A DNA stretch of 63,217 bases, the filler included, from Collodictyon triciliatum (Eukaryota): the NCBI GenBank assembly GCA_043381765.1. It is 12 parts of 11 records of this genome, joined end to end, with 100 filler letters (N's around TTAATTAATTAA, not from the genome) between each part and the next. Parts side by side here need not be neighbours in the genome. Positions count along the whole stretch, not along the records: positions 1 to 6,103 come from JBHJMP010004704.1; positions 6,204 to 12,304 come from JBHJMP010004705.1; positions 12,405 to 18,505 come from JBHJMP010004706.1; 9 more parts are not named here. One strand, 5' to 3'. The notes under the pieces were generated by a model. That model was not told where the DNA came from. It did not search any database and saw nothing but the letters and a program-made list of their open reading frames with translations. The translations under genes and the position numbers were made by a program. This document shows, in pieces, positions 1 to 12,550 of this stretch. Position 1 is the first letter of the stretch. Every line of letters begins with the position of its first letter.

Positions 1-460
1 TTTCATTTTCATTTCATTTTCATTTTCATTTTCATTTTCTTTTTCATTTTCACTGTCATTTTCATTTTCATTTCATTTTCATTTTTATTTTCATTTTTAT
101 TTTCATTTTTATTTTCTTTTTCTTTGTCATTCTCATTCTCATTTTCATTTTCATTTTTATTTTCATTTTCATTTTCATTTTTATTTTCATTTTCTTTTTG
201 TCATTTTCACTCTCATTTTCATTTTCATTTCATTTTCATTTCATTTTCATTTCATTTTCATTTTCTTTTTCATTTTCACTGTCATTTTCATTTTCATTTC
301 ATTTTCATTTCATTTTCATTTTCATTTTCTTTTTCATTTTCACTGTCATTTTCATTTTCATTTTTATTTTCATTTTCATTTTTATTTTCATTTTCTTTTT
401 GTCATTTTCACTCTCATTTTCATTTTCATTTCATTTTCATTTTCACTGTCATTTTCATTC
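1..460. repeat. Degenerate (TTTTCA)n simple repeat
   Basis: Directly visible; the source of the spurious FS/FH/FI ORFs. Confidence 0.95.
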
Positions 461-1307
461 TTTTACACTGCTTCAACTTTCTTTCTCTGTATCAACTCAC
501 TCTCTTTCGCTGTATTAAACCGCGTTGAAATCATAGCGCATAAGATAGTTATTTGTTCGTGATATCAGCCATTGACATGACTGGATATTGCCCAAAAGCA
601 GGTTTGATCAGCCCGAATTACCGAGGGAGCCATTTTTGTTCTGTTCATATCGACTTGACTTCGTTTGACTTGATTTGCTTCAACCTGTCTGGCTTTGGCG
701 ATAAATCAAAGCCTTCGCACTAAGCAGCAGAGCACTGGGAGTAGCTGCCCGGATCAAGGAAAAGCTTACACACAGCAAGACCTGCCCTTCCAAGATCGCT
801 TGTTTTAGTTTGCATGAGTCCAATACTGGCAAGGTTTACGTGTGGTTTCGACGTGCACCCCCTGTTTGCTGGGAAATGAATATGTATTTCCTGTCGAAGT
901 TTGTTTCCAAAGACTATAGGCTGGGAGGCCCTTAGTGCAACGCAAGACCTGTGTTCTCGTCTACACGTGGTCACGATTCCAGAACAAAAGATTAATTATG
1001 CTAAGCAGTTCCATCCTACTCGATGACTTTCCTATTTGCAATAACACATCAAACGACATACGATGGTCATCGTGTCTGGCGTTGAATCCAACTGATTTTG
1101 AAGCGATTGTGTTTAATACCAATCGCCACGATCAACCTTTCACCCTCAGATGCTTTATTCATCCCAGAGTTTAAAAATGGCCATTTCTTAATGTTGTGAC
1201 TTTATATTCTCTGGGCTACAGGTAAGGCGCAAGGTTGTTCACTTGTGTTTCGCATTAGTGCCATAATTGTGTCCACTGTCGAATAGTATTCTGGCGGCCG
1301 TTCTGTG

Positions 1308-4300
1308 ATGGCTTTGAACCTGCACATCGGTGGAAAGTACAAGCTCGTGCGGAAGCTTGGAGCAGGTTCCTTCGGTGAAATCTACCTTGGTATGCCTCCC
1401 TTAAGAACAGCGTTATGATAATCCCTGTTGATTAAATGTATTATATAGTATTTTGAATTTATTCATGCTCTTTCTTGGCATTTATTTTATGTCCTTTGTT
1501 TTTACGATCACGATCATGCACCTCTTCGCTTCATTGGTAGTATAACTCGCTTCGAGTCCATTTTTTTCTTCTGTTATATGTTTACTGACTGTCGTCAAGT
1601 AGTTACCAAAGTACAAAAGTTACTAAAAGAGATTATATGTTCTAGGTGTGAATGTCACAAACGGTGAGGAAGTTGCGATCAAATTGGAACCAAAAACATC
1701 CCCACATCCACAACTGCTCTTCGAATCAAGGCTCTATAAAGTGTTTCAGGGTGGAGGTGAGACATTTTACATTAACCAAAATTATTGTATCCTTTTAATA
1801 CCTATGGAAAGATGGTCTGATGAGAAACAATACAACAATTATTTTTATTTTTATTACTATTATTATTGCTGATAAAAGCTAAAGAAAGCACATATGATAT
1901 AAGTAAGCAACCAAGCAGCTGTTCTCTTAGCATGATTTCGTCTCAATCCACAAATGTATGATGCAGTTGGTATTCCTACGCTTCGCTACTTTGGCACAGA
2001 GGGAGATTACAATGCACTAGTGATTGACCTGCTTGGATCAAGTTTGGAGGATTTGTTCAATTACTGTGGTAGAAAATTTAGTGTCAAGACCGTACTGATG
2101 TTGGCGGACCAGATGGTTTTCCCTTCTTTTATTTGCCAGTTGTTTTTCGTTTATGCAGCAATCCCTTCCTCTCTCATGCACTATTGTATGCTTGCAAAAT
2201 ATCACTTGATAGTTCGTCACAAATATTTACAAGTGTATTATGTACACTACCGTATTCTCTTTTTATTAATTAAAAAAATTACCTATTTCTTAGCTTTGCA
2301 GAATAGAATACCTGCATTCTCGCCACTATATTCACAGGGATATCAAACCTGATAACTTTTTGATGGGTACAGGACGCCGACAATCAACGGTATGTCCTAT
2401 ATTTCTCTTCCTTTTATTTACTCTTATTTTTCGTTGTTGTTGTTCTCTCACTTGAAATATTAATTTCCTGCGTAAGGCTTGACCCAAAGCCATGAATCGT
2501 ATAACACACTAAATTATAGGTTTACGTAATCGATTATGGACTAGCGAAGCGCTATCGCGACCCTCGAACAGGGCAGCACATACCATACAGAGAGAACAAG
2601 AGTTTGACAGGGACGGCGCGCTATGCTGGAATCAATGCTCACATTGGACTTGGTAAGTCGGAACATCAGCTACTATTTACCAATTGATGGAATAAGTCCT
2701 TAAGCAGAATTTACAATAGAATTATCTTAATCGATTTGCATCATACATTCACAATTTTCACTATCAATTAGCGCAGGATGACATGATTTGGCCTTGTTGT
2801 TCTAACTTGTATTTCCTGTATAACCCTATATTGACTTTGCAACACATATTCTAGAGCAAAGCCGACGAGATGATTTGGAATCTCTAGGATATGTCTGGAT
2901 GTACTTTCTCCGAGGAAGTCTCCCTTGGCAAGGACTTCAGGCAGCCACGAAGAAGCAGAAATATGAAAAAATCAGTGAAAAGAAGATAAGTACTCCTGTT
3001 GATACCCTGTGTCAAGGAGCACCTGGTTTGTTATTTATTCAATCATGTGACTTATTCCCTTTTTCCAGACGTTGTTTATTTTTACTTTTCATTATTATTA
3101 TTATTCCTATTTTCTTCTGTGGCAACTCACGCGAATAACGGACTTCCAACAGCGGCATTTGCCACCTACTTTAACTACGTGAAAGGACTAAAGTTCGAAG
3201 AGAAGCCCGATTATTCCTACCTGCGCAAACTATTCCGTGACACACTATTTAGAGAAGGATATGAGACGGATTATGTTTTCGACTGGATGATTCTACAATC
3301 GGTACTTTGCCTTGCCATATGCGCCAAAATGTCACCTTATGCTTACAAATTGTAAAAATGTTAGCATAGTAGCGTCCGAATTTGATCTCCTTGATTTATT
3401 GAATTCATTCCTGAAGGCGGCATCATATTGCCCCACTCTTTCCATTACATAATGAACTAATTGGCTTCTGTGCCACAGCAACGCGGCCAAAGCACCTCTT
3501 CCACCGTCGAGAAAGATCAGCCTAATTCAAGCACCCGCCCTCAAACAACCGCTCGTGATGCCCAGCCACGTCCAAGTCCTGTGGTTGCAGTAGCCAGTCC
3601 CACACCCGCTCACGACATGCCCATCTCACCTCCACAAACACCAACCCCTCAAACCGCCTCTTCGCGTCATAATTCCAGAGCTGCGATTGACCCTCCGACA
3701 CCAGACGGTTTGTGCCTTTTGCAAAATCAGAAAATTGTCGAAACATTTATGATTATATTCACTCCAAATTGCTTCACCTATGTATGCATCTGTCTATCAG
3801 TCAATAATTTGGACATAATCATTGAGACGCATCATGCACTTACCACAGGTTCCGCGCAACTACGCTCCTCAGACCCAAAGACAGCAGCACTTACAAAGTC
3901 CGATTCAGCCCATAATTCTTCATCCCGCTATAATCTATTTGGGTTTGTGTAGCGTGCACGCCCTTATGTATCTGCCCGACTCGAGACCTCCTTCTCCTTC
4001 GCCACATCATTCCTTGCACAGAGATGCTTTTCTCTCTGCCATGGTGGATTATTCCCTCAACCCTCTCTCAATTTGCATTTCCATGTAGGCGTCAAACAGC
4101 CGGCACCGACACCGGTTCATCCAGGCAACTCCAAGCGCCAGAGGCGGGCGGCCAGTCCCAAGCGCAGCTCCAAGCACAAGGCCCCTCTGCATCCCAGTCG
4201 CAGATTCTGCCGTCCACGCAGGCGCAGGCCCAAACATCCACTCAAGCCCAAACCCAGCAGCCGCGTAAGTCGTATACATTCAGCCTGTTCTCGCGTCTCA

Positions 4301-4311
4301 AGAAAGGATAA
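1308..4311 (+). CDS. CSNK1: Casein kinase I (about 10 exons, apparently complete)
   Basis: Spliced translation: [28 protein letters not shown] / [18 protein letters not shown] / [13 protein letters not shown] / [34 protein letters not shown] / [19 protein letters not shown] / [18 protein letters not shown], then an S/P/Q-rich tail ending RLKKG-TAA (4309-4311). GT-AG introns throughout. Confidence 0.97.
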
Positions 4312-5855
4312 GTGACTCAGCGAAGCCAGCCGACACTATTGTGGGATTTCCAACCGCGGGATTTGCTCCACGAATCCAATCACCTCTACCCAATACTTTT
4401 TTTTTTTATTCTTTTTCAAGTTTCCTTTCTTTTTTTTTTTCTCTTTTTTTTTCTTTTTTCCAAAGACTTGAGTGATTTCGAATGAGCCATCAGTTTATCA
4501 ACCAAGTCTTATCGAACGACTGCACACTTATTCCCCTCTTATTTTTTCTGCCTTCCAACACCGTTATTATACCCGCAATGCAATTTTAATTCAATTTTTC
4601 TTTTCTTCTTTTCATCTCACTCATTCGTTCTCCCTATTGGATTGTGCTTGCATCCTTTTGGTTCTAACTCACACCCGTCTATTCGCGTGTGTTTGAGCTG
4701 TTGTGGGTATCAAGCGTGACCATCATCATCACCAGCACCATGTCGCACAGACTCTTCAAAAAAAAAAATAAAATAAAAACCAAAAATAATCATAAAAATA
4801 ATCACGAGCTTGGGAGGTTGGCTAGCAAATCAAGGCCAGGACTCTAAACCTCGCACACATTGCAAGCAATTACATGAATAGTAAAACGATGCAAAACATC
4901 CCGGCGTAATCCCAAAGGGCTGAAGCAGACAACCCGACCCCGACCCCGACCCCGAAAGCATGACCGTCTTTCCTTTCCTTTCTTTTTCTTTTCTTTTCTT
5001 TTTTATTTCTATTTCTTTTTTCTTTTCTTTTCTCATTCTTTTTCTTTTTCCTTTTTCCTTTTTCCTTTTTCCTTTTTCCTTTTTCCTTTTTCCTTTTTTT
5101 TCTTTTTCTTTTCCTTTTTCTCTCTGATGGTGGTGCGAAGTGTGGATTCTCTTTCTGGGCTAGTTATAAAAATAGTAAAAATTTACCTGTGCCTTTGTCC
5201 TACAAGACATAAAATATTATCAATTCCACAACAAGAAAGAACGAATGGTTTACATCAAGCTTGTTTCACCAGCGCAATTCTTGACAAGATCACACCGCCA
5301 TCCGTAGTACCAATTCCCAGCAGAACACAACTGAGTTATCGAATCTCAACGACGATCTTGATATTTTTTCCCCCACAAAACAAAAGCCAGATAAAAAACC
5401 CCACCGATCAACACAAGGCCAATCAAACTGAAAAACCTTACACGAAAACAACCTTTTTTTTTTTCTTTAAAGAAACCAAAGGCATGGCCAAGGGAAGTAT
5501 TTTACTTTTGTCGCAAAGCCAAAAGAGTTGATCGGCGGATAGTCCGCCGAATGCAGGCAAATATCATAAAAAATGAAAATGACATCAGGACAGAAAAGAA
5601 TACATAAGACCAGTTTATCTTGAGCGCTATTATTATTGTTCTATCTATATGCCACGTACGACCCCTGACATTCTCTTGATTCAATACCTTGCTTGCAATA
5701 CCTTTTCATTCGTTATCTTTTTTGTACATTTTTAAACGATTGCGAAATATGTATTTTTTATAATGGATAAAGTATATGACAATCGTGTTTGCGTAGAAAA
5801 ACCAAATCATATTTACTAAGGATTAGCAAGACTACCCGTGCTCCACAGCCGGAAT

Positions 5856-6103
5856 GAAAGAAGAAAGAAGAAAAAAGAAAAAAGAAAAAAGAAAAAAGAG
5901 AAAAGAAAAAAGAAAAAAGAAAAAAGAAAAAAAGAAAAAAGAAAAAAGAAAAAAGAATAAAGAAAAAAAGAAAAAAAGAAAAAAAGAAAAAAGAAAAAAG
6001 AAAAAAAGAAAAAAAGAAAAAAAGAAAAAAAGAAAAAAAGAAAAAAAAGAAAAGAAAAGAAAAGAAAAGAAAAGAAAAGAAAAGAAAAGAAAAGAAAAGA
6101 AAG
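5856..6103. repeat. A-rich (GAAAAAA)n/(GAAAA)n repeat at the contig end
   Basis: Directly visible. Confidence 0.95.
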
Positions 6104-6203
6104 NNNNNNNNNNNNNNNNNNNNNNNNNNNNNNNNNNNNNNNNNNNNTTAATTAATTAANNNNNNNNNNNNNNNNNNNNNNNNNNNNNNNNNNNNNNNNN
6201 NNN
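6104..6203. other. Artificial contig linker 44N-TTAATTAATTAA-44N
   Basis: The same 100-nt linker recurs at 12305, 18506, 21358, 23619, 29808, 36008, 42205, 48402, 54598 and 60793. TTAATTAATTAA gives stop codons in all six frames. Confidence 0.98.
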
Positions 6204-7173
6204 CAGGCAACAACTGAGCCCACAAGACTCACAGCAGATACGCACATACAGCGACAGGGACGATGACATGGAAGGAAATCTCGGTTCCTCCTCAGAATCC
6301 TCGCACTCGAGCCCTCCACCGCCAATACTGGACAAGCCCGCACATCGCAAGACCCAAGAGCAGCGCATCTCCAAACCCCGAAAGAAATCCCACTTAAACT
6401 ACCCATTCAGACTGACGTGAATATGGTTAACATAGGAGGCCTCAAAGCAGTCTTCGTCACTTATCCGAAAGGATACTCCAAAGCGAAGGCAACACAAGAA
6501 CCAGCGCCCACCAAAGATAGACCGTTTATCCTGCCCCAGCCCGTCGCACCGAGAACCAAGGAGCAAGAGCAAACAGCACAAGTCGAATCCAAGCTTGAAA
6601 CACCACATACCAATGACAGTCCGAGCAAGCAGGAGCGTATGTTTCTAAAACAAAAACGCATAGTTATACTCCGGTTAAGCAAAGTCCACTGCCGGCTACG
6701 CATGGTTCCGAAACCAGGGGACGGTCAAGCGCCACTTCCGATAATGCCAGACAAACAACGATATATCGCTTTTTGTCAGAATCTCCCAGCAAGAAACGCA
6801 AGGAAAGTGACCCATTGTCCCCTCAAAAGACTCATCTTGTGGAATGAAATAGGATGTTAACCTTGTCTGAGATAGATGGTTGAAAGGACTCGTCGGAATC
6901 GATTCTTGAAGTAACTGCCGTGTGCGTACTTTCAACAACCCGACAACTTTATCCGCTCTTCTGTCAGTCTCGAATCAACCAGAAATCGCGTTGGATTTGA
7001 ATCACTTCGGGTGGAATAATCTGTGTGTGAAGAACACTTTCTTTTCCTTTTCTTCTTTTCTTCCACCCAAAACACAAAACCTCCAACCACACAATCCGGG
7101 GTTTCCACTGTCTCATCCATCGCTCATTTTTGTCCTAGAGGCGAAAGGCGGTCTCCTCGGCTTTGTTTCCTCA
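6204..7173 (+). mobile_element. Dispersed repeat, copy 2 (3' part of the ORF1-like element; 5' end cut by the contig edge)
   Basis: Aligns by eye with 56984-57970, with substitutions and small indels, including the TGA-AT-ATG junction (6418-6425) and the roughly 350-nt tail. Confidence 0.85.
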
Positions 7174-7400
7174 TGACAAAATAATAATCGAGAAACAGCT
7201 TGAATAAAATTGTCGGCAATTGCATTTTTATTGCTTGTCGAAGTACAGCAGCATGTTTCGTAGACTAATTATTCAACACATACGCTTTCGGCCCTTTTCG
7301 TCTATTGTATTTTTTCATATTTTCAAAATGAACCTCAGTTGTACGCTGAATAATCGTGGGTTGCGCCTATCAATCACCCAAACCATCTGACTTCTGCATT

Positions 7401-8098
7401 TTATCGCCTCTTACGATTTGTTTTCTTGCTGATTGATAACATGGCAAAAATCACAGCCGAGGATATTCCCATCAAAACCAACAACCAGGATGGTGTGTTC
7501 TCCATAATGCCTTCTGCTTTCCTATATGAAAGAGAAAGAAATGCATCTTTATGGGGATGGCAAAGCCTTCATGCATCGAGAAAATAAATACAAAAAAAAA
7601 CAAAAAGAAAAAAAGCAACCCATTTAGTAAGAATAATATAATGTTTACTTGACGGGGATTTCGCATATAGAATTGAATTGATCCGTATCCAGTGACTTAG
7701 GTCTCAACAAGCTTAATTTTTTTTTTTGTTTTTAATACGTAGAAACGCTTCATTACATTTTTTCATGGACAATTTACATAAAGCTTCTTCGACTTACATA
7801 TAATACTGTAGTAATAATAAAAATAAGAATAGAAGTTCCTTGGACCAGAAAAGATACCTCATGAAGGTCTCAAACGGGCAAAAGTTCTGCCCGCATCCTG
7901 GGATGACGACATCTTGTTCGTTGTGCAAGGTACGGATATAATGCTGCTTTTGAGATGAGTTGGGAGCATTCCTATCTCGGCATTCATATAGAACAAAGGC
8001 CAGATTCGCAGAGAAAGGTATCATAAACCCTGTCCTGAACAATCTATCACCGTTCATGAAAGGTATGCTTAATTGAGTTGCATAGCACGTTTCTTATT

Positions 8099-8178
<80 letters not shown>

Positions 8179-10065
8179 ATAGATGAATAAAAAAGAACAT
8201 TCAAATGTAGCAGCAGAAAACAATTTGCATGGATGATAAAATCATTTCGCTTCAAACACAGCCACCTAGAATTTCGAAGGATGGGCGAAGCTCTGTTGTC
8301 AAAGACGAAATGGTCTCGATTCAAGTCCTGTCGCCAAAAGAAAAATTTAACAATAATAAATCAGTAAACACATCAAAAACCAAATCCTGAACTCAAACAG
8401 ACTCGTGGTTCCATAAATGCGCTCACAACTTCACCGAAGTTGGATATGAAATCAAACGAAAGGATGTATTTGAACATACAAGCAAACACATCAGTGGTAG
8501 CAGTGTTTCAGCATGGCTGAAACGTAGCCTCGAAGTGACTTCTTGAGACCTGGCATTTGAATATATTTGCACAACGGGCTGGTTTTTGCTTGCCTTCTGA
8601 TTTTCTTTTGACAGTGGACCCACCACTGAAGCTTGAAGAGCATCAAGCACATCCTTGAGAAGCACCCCAGCCATTTGATAATTCAGGCTCTCGCCATAGC
8701 CTTTTGTATGGTAGAACTCCAAGTCTTCAAAGTAAGATATAAGTTGCAAATCACCCTCATCAAACACCGTGCACCAAGGCGCTTTTCTCCAGTCTGAGAG
8801 AGCCTCCAGAGCCACGTGAAACCGGCATGCAGAATGCATCGAGAGCATATCAGCTATGTTCAGGTCCCACTCTGCTCCCAAAGCCAGTCTGTCCTTCACT
8901 CTTTTGACGATGGACGGAAAGTGCTCGGTTTTGAAGTCTTCGGCATACTTGAGATACTTTATTTTGTGGTGGACATTTTCCTGGAAAAAAAAGGGGGCAT
9001 TAATCTAGGCAATTATAGGTAAATATATGAAATGGTGAGATGATGAAAAAAAAATGTTAAAAGATACTAGGGTGAAAAAATTATGATTAAAAATTAAAAT
9101 GTAGAAATAAAAATAACGAAAAGGATGCCAAAGTGAAAATTGTAGACGAAATTACGGCATAATTGGGGCACATATTAAAAAAAGACAAAGTGTAGTCATT
9201 TGACGGCGAGTCGGTCACAGTAAAATATGGGGTGTATCTTTTTAATAAATTATAATGTTAAACCAAAACCATGGAAATAATTTTATGCTCAAAAGTGATG
9301 TATGTTTCATTTAAAGTTCTGGTGGAATAATCATGCCCGATAGCTTTGAGATTATAGAAAACAGACGACGATTTCATAGATGTGTGGTTGGATGAATACA
9401 GTCCGTGCATGAATGCCTGGGCACTCTGTCCAGCCCTGCGTATGAATGATTGTACTTTACATCAACTTTTCATTATGAATGGACCGGCTGTGACTTGATT
9501 AAAAAAAATTGACGTCACGGATGATGTTTATAGCAACAAGTATCACAAGGAAATTATACAGCAAACCATAGTTAAAGAATGATAATTTTATTAGAAACCT
9601 TGGGGATTGAGTGTGCTGCACATGAATGGCTTCGGGGTCATACAAGTCTGAGAATACTTTCTGAAATCTTTGCTTGAATCTGGCGCCAATACTGATGACT
9701 TCTTTTATCCCTGCCAGAACAAACAGCGATTACATTGAAGAGGTGCACAAGAAAATAAAAGATTCAATGGTTCATGTGGCGACAGAGACAAGACTTCATT
9801 TAGATATATATTTCACCAATCTTTATTTCGAAAAGAAAAAATCGAGATGCAGAAGAAATTAAAGAAGAAACCTTGTTCTGCAAGATACATCGCTTTATTT
9901 TTTTCATACGGTGACTTCCAACTGCGAATCCAAGCGTAAGCTAGATTTCCCACCGCATCACCCGCTTTTTCTGAGAGGATATCGTAATATTGTTCAGTAA
10001 ATTAAATGAATTTACTCACATAATTTTTTATAAGCACAGAGGCAGATGAGAAGACTTACATACAA

Positions 10066-10163
<98 letters not shown>

Positions 10164-10602
10164 TAAAGAATACATAAATGAATGGATGAATAGATGAATA
10201 GAAAGTAAATTATTTGATAATCCTATAGTATAAAAGATATCAGACGGAAAATAAATAAACACAATAATACCAACCGATCTTTTCCTGAAGCTTCAGTAAA
10301 CGTGTTGTCTCTCCGCGGCTGGGATAGCGCGTTCCGTGCCGAGCGGACAAATCCAGGTATCTCTCCGAGCAGTCGTTCTCGCGCAAAAAGCTCAGAATCT
10401 GCTCCGCGTCTCTCTGCCCGTTTGCCGGTGCGGGATAAAACTGCTTCGAACCAAAAAGGGTGGCTGCGGACTCTGTGGGAAACAGCCCGATGGCGACGAG
10501 AAGGGCGACCAGAAACCGCACGACGGGAGGCCGAGTTTGCAGAGTTTTCCGAAGCAGCAGCAGGGCTTTTTTGTATGTTGGCTCCATGTCTGAGGCTTCC
10601 AT
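7401..10602 (-). CDS. MINPP1: Multiple inositol polyphosphate phosphatase / histidine acid phytase
   Basis: RHGTRYP catalytic motif (exon near 10300-10330), FSHAETLLP proton-donor motif (about 8500-8525), IPFSANLAFVLYEC, an N-terminal hydrophobic segment, and last exons splicing in frame to ...WLLVLMGISSAVIFAMLSISKKTNRKRR-TAA (7401-7403). Confidence 0.9.
8101..8180. repeat. (AAAT)n intronic microsatellite
   Basis: Perfect tetramer run in a MINPP1 intron. Confidence 0.95.
10066..10163. repeat. (GATA)n intronic microsatellite
   Basis: Perfect tetramer run in the first MINPP1 intron. Confidence 0.95.
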
Positions 10603-11113
10603 AGGCTTACATAAGTAGAGAAGAACAAGAAGGAGAGGAAGGGAGAAAAAAAGTTTGCAAGGAGACAGGAACCTTGGCGGAGAGGATGGAAGAGCGAGTC
10701 ATCTTCGGAGGGAGAGAAGCTTGATGGAAACCTTCTTGTTTTTATTTTCTCATTTCTTTTTTCATTAACGCGGTTGGATGTGATGAACAAGGAAAGGAGG
10801 TGTTGAGAACTGCCGAGCAGACGCATAGAGGCAAGCAAGAGTCCGCTGCCTTTGTTTCTCTGGTGGAATGCCGTCAACTCAGCTCCAAGTTTATATCAAA
10901 CGAAAGAAGACCATAACGCGGGTGTCCTTTGTTTTGCGCGCTGCTTGCTTGACGCCCATGTCATGTCAATTGTACAGCTTGACTGGCTTGTTGTCTGCAA
11001 CTCTAATCGGTGTGCATGCAAGGCACAATATAATACAAGAAAATGTATAAATAAGAAACAAGAAAAATAAAATAAAATAAAAAAAGAAAATAACAAAAAA
11101 AGCAAGGCCTTCA

Positions 11114-12213
11114 TTACCGGGCACTCGCCATGCGCGGGGCGCTGTGTTCAAGTCCGAGGACAGCGTTGTTGAAAAGAAAGTCGTAGTCGAAGATGGTGCG
11201 GTCTGATTGAGCATCGAAGGGTGAGTTGAGGATAATCCGCGTATTGAAATATGGCGTGTCTATGTCAGTGTCGAAAACTTTGATGTTCTCTGGGTAAATA
11301 GAATAGATGGACAATGGAAAGAAAGGAGAAAGAAAAAAGAGCTAGAAGCAAATAGGCGAATGGCAAAGGTGGGAGGAAAGAAAGCATCACCTGGGGTTAA
11401 GTAGTCTGGCTTTCCAAACGAAACAATGGCGTATTTCCATCTATCGTAGTGTTCGGGTGGGTACCCAAGCTTGGAGTAGATTCGTTTTTGGATGCTGGAA
11501 AACTTTTCACCCTATCATAATAATCAATTAGAGTAAACACAAAAGAAGATAGAGAAGGAATAGGTAAAGAGCTACGAACACTAGGCTACTGAAAAGGCTT
11601 CAACACAAGACATCGGGTATGGAAATATAAACCACCTTATTAACGATGAACAAAAACGGATTTCCGAATGGATGGAGCAGAGTGGCAACGCGAGAAAAGT
11701 GCTGGACTGATGTTACATATTTCGATAGTGAATACAATTTTCGGTAGATATAAGAAACATAAAAGAGTAACATCAGGCTGCGAGAGAGTAACACCTTGAA
11801 TGTACTTTGCATTTCGTTCATCGAGCTCAAACTCCTCGGGTTCAATTTCCTATATGACCGCAGCATGAATTAAGTGGAAAAGAATAGATGGAAGAAGAAA
11901 AAAACATGGGAACTGCTCCTTTGATGTGTTGGAAAGTAAGTTTGCCACATAAATAAAAAAAATAATATTAATTTTCAGTATATTTTACAATCACCTCTGC
12001 TCGAATATTTGAATGCTCAGTTATCAGTGAAAGAGCATCGTGGTCTTGGAAAATGCGTGTTATCTTTGAATTCCACACTTCCATAACGCGGATGTACTTT
12101 GGATCTGTAATCATTTTCTCTTGGTTCAGTGTTTCAAAGGTCATATCACGATCGATAGATGAATGAATAATTGCACGAAAAATATTATTCGTTGATTTTT
12201 GAACGAGATTTTC
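11114..12213 (-). CDS. USP7: Ubiquitin-specific protease 7 (USP7/Ubp15/UBP12-like), C-terminal UBL region only, 5'-truncated
   Basis: Exons encode IRVMEVWNSKITRIF..IRAE, VQHF..PFGNPFLFIVNK, GEKFSSIQKRIYSKLG..RWKYAIVSFGKPDYL and LGLEHSAPR, matching the conserved USP7-family C-terminus (FGxPF...GE...LGLEH). Confidence 0.85.
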
Positions 12214-12228
12214 TGTTTGTTTTTTCTT

Positions 12229-12304
<76 letters not shown>

Positions 12305-12550
12305 NNNNNNNNNNNNNNNNNNNNNNNNNNNNNNNNNNNNNNNNNNNNTTAATTAATTAANNNNNNNNNNNNNNNNNNNNNNNNNNNNNNNNNNNNNNNN
12401 NNNNAAAATAGAAAATAAAAATAGAAAATAAAAATAGAAAATAAAAATAGAAAATAAAAATAGAAAATAAAAATAGAAAATAAAAATAGAAAATAAAAAT
12501 AGAAAATAGATAAATAGAAAACCAATCCGAGGAATTAGATATGAAAGTAT

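Noticed and set aside
124-528. Low-complexity ORFs (FS/FH, poly-K, poly-F, poly-I, poly-Y), here and throughout the ORF track
   Set aside because: They are translations of microsatellites and N runs, lying in introns or intergenic DNA.
5248-5560. Possible 3' exons of a minus-strand gene (LCSAGNWYYGWRCDL...)
   Set aside because: More than one frame is plausible and no motif was recognised.
6148-6159. Recurrent TTAATTAATTAA at about 6.2-kb spacing as a biological motif or TTAA transposon target
   Set aside because: Always embedded in 44N flanks; it is a synthetic six-frame stop linker.
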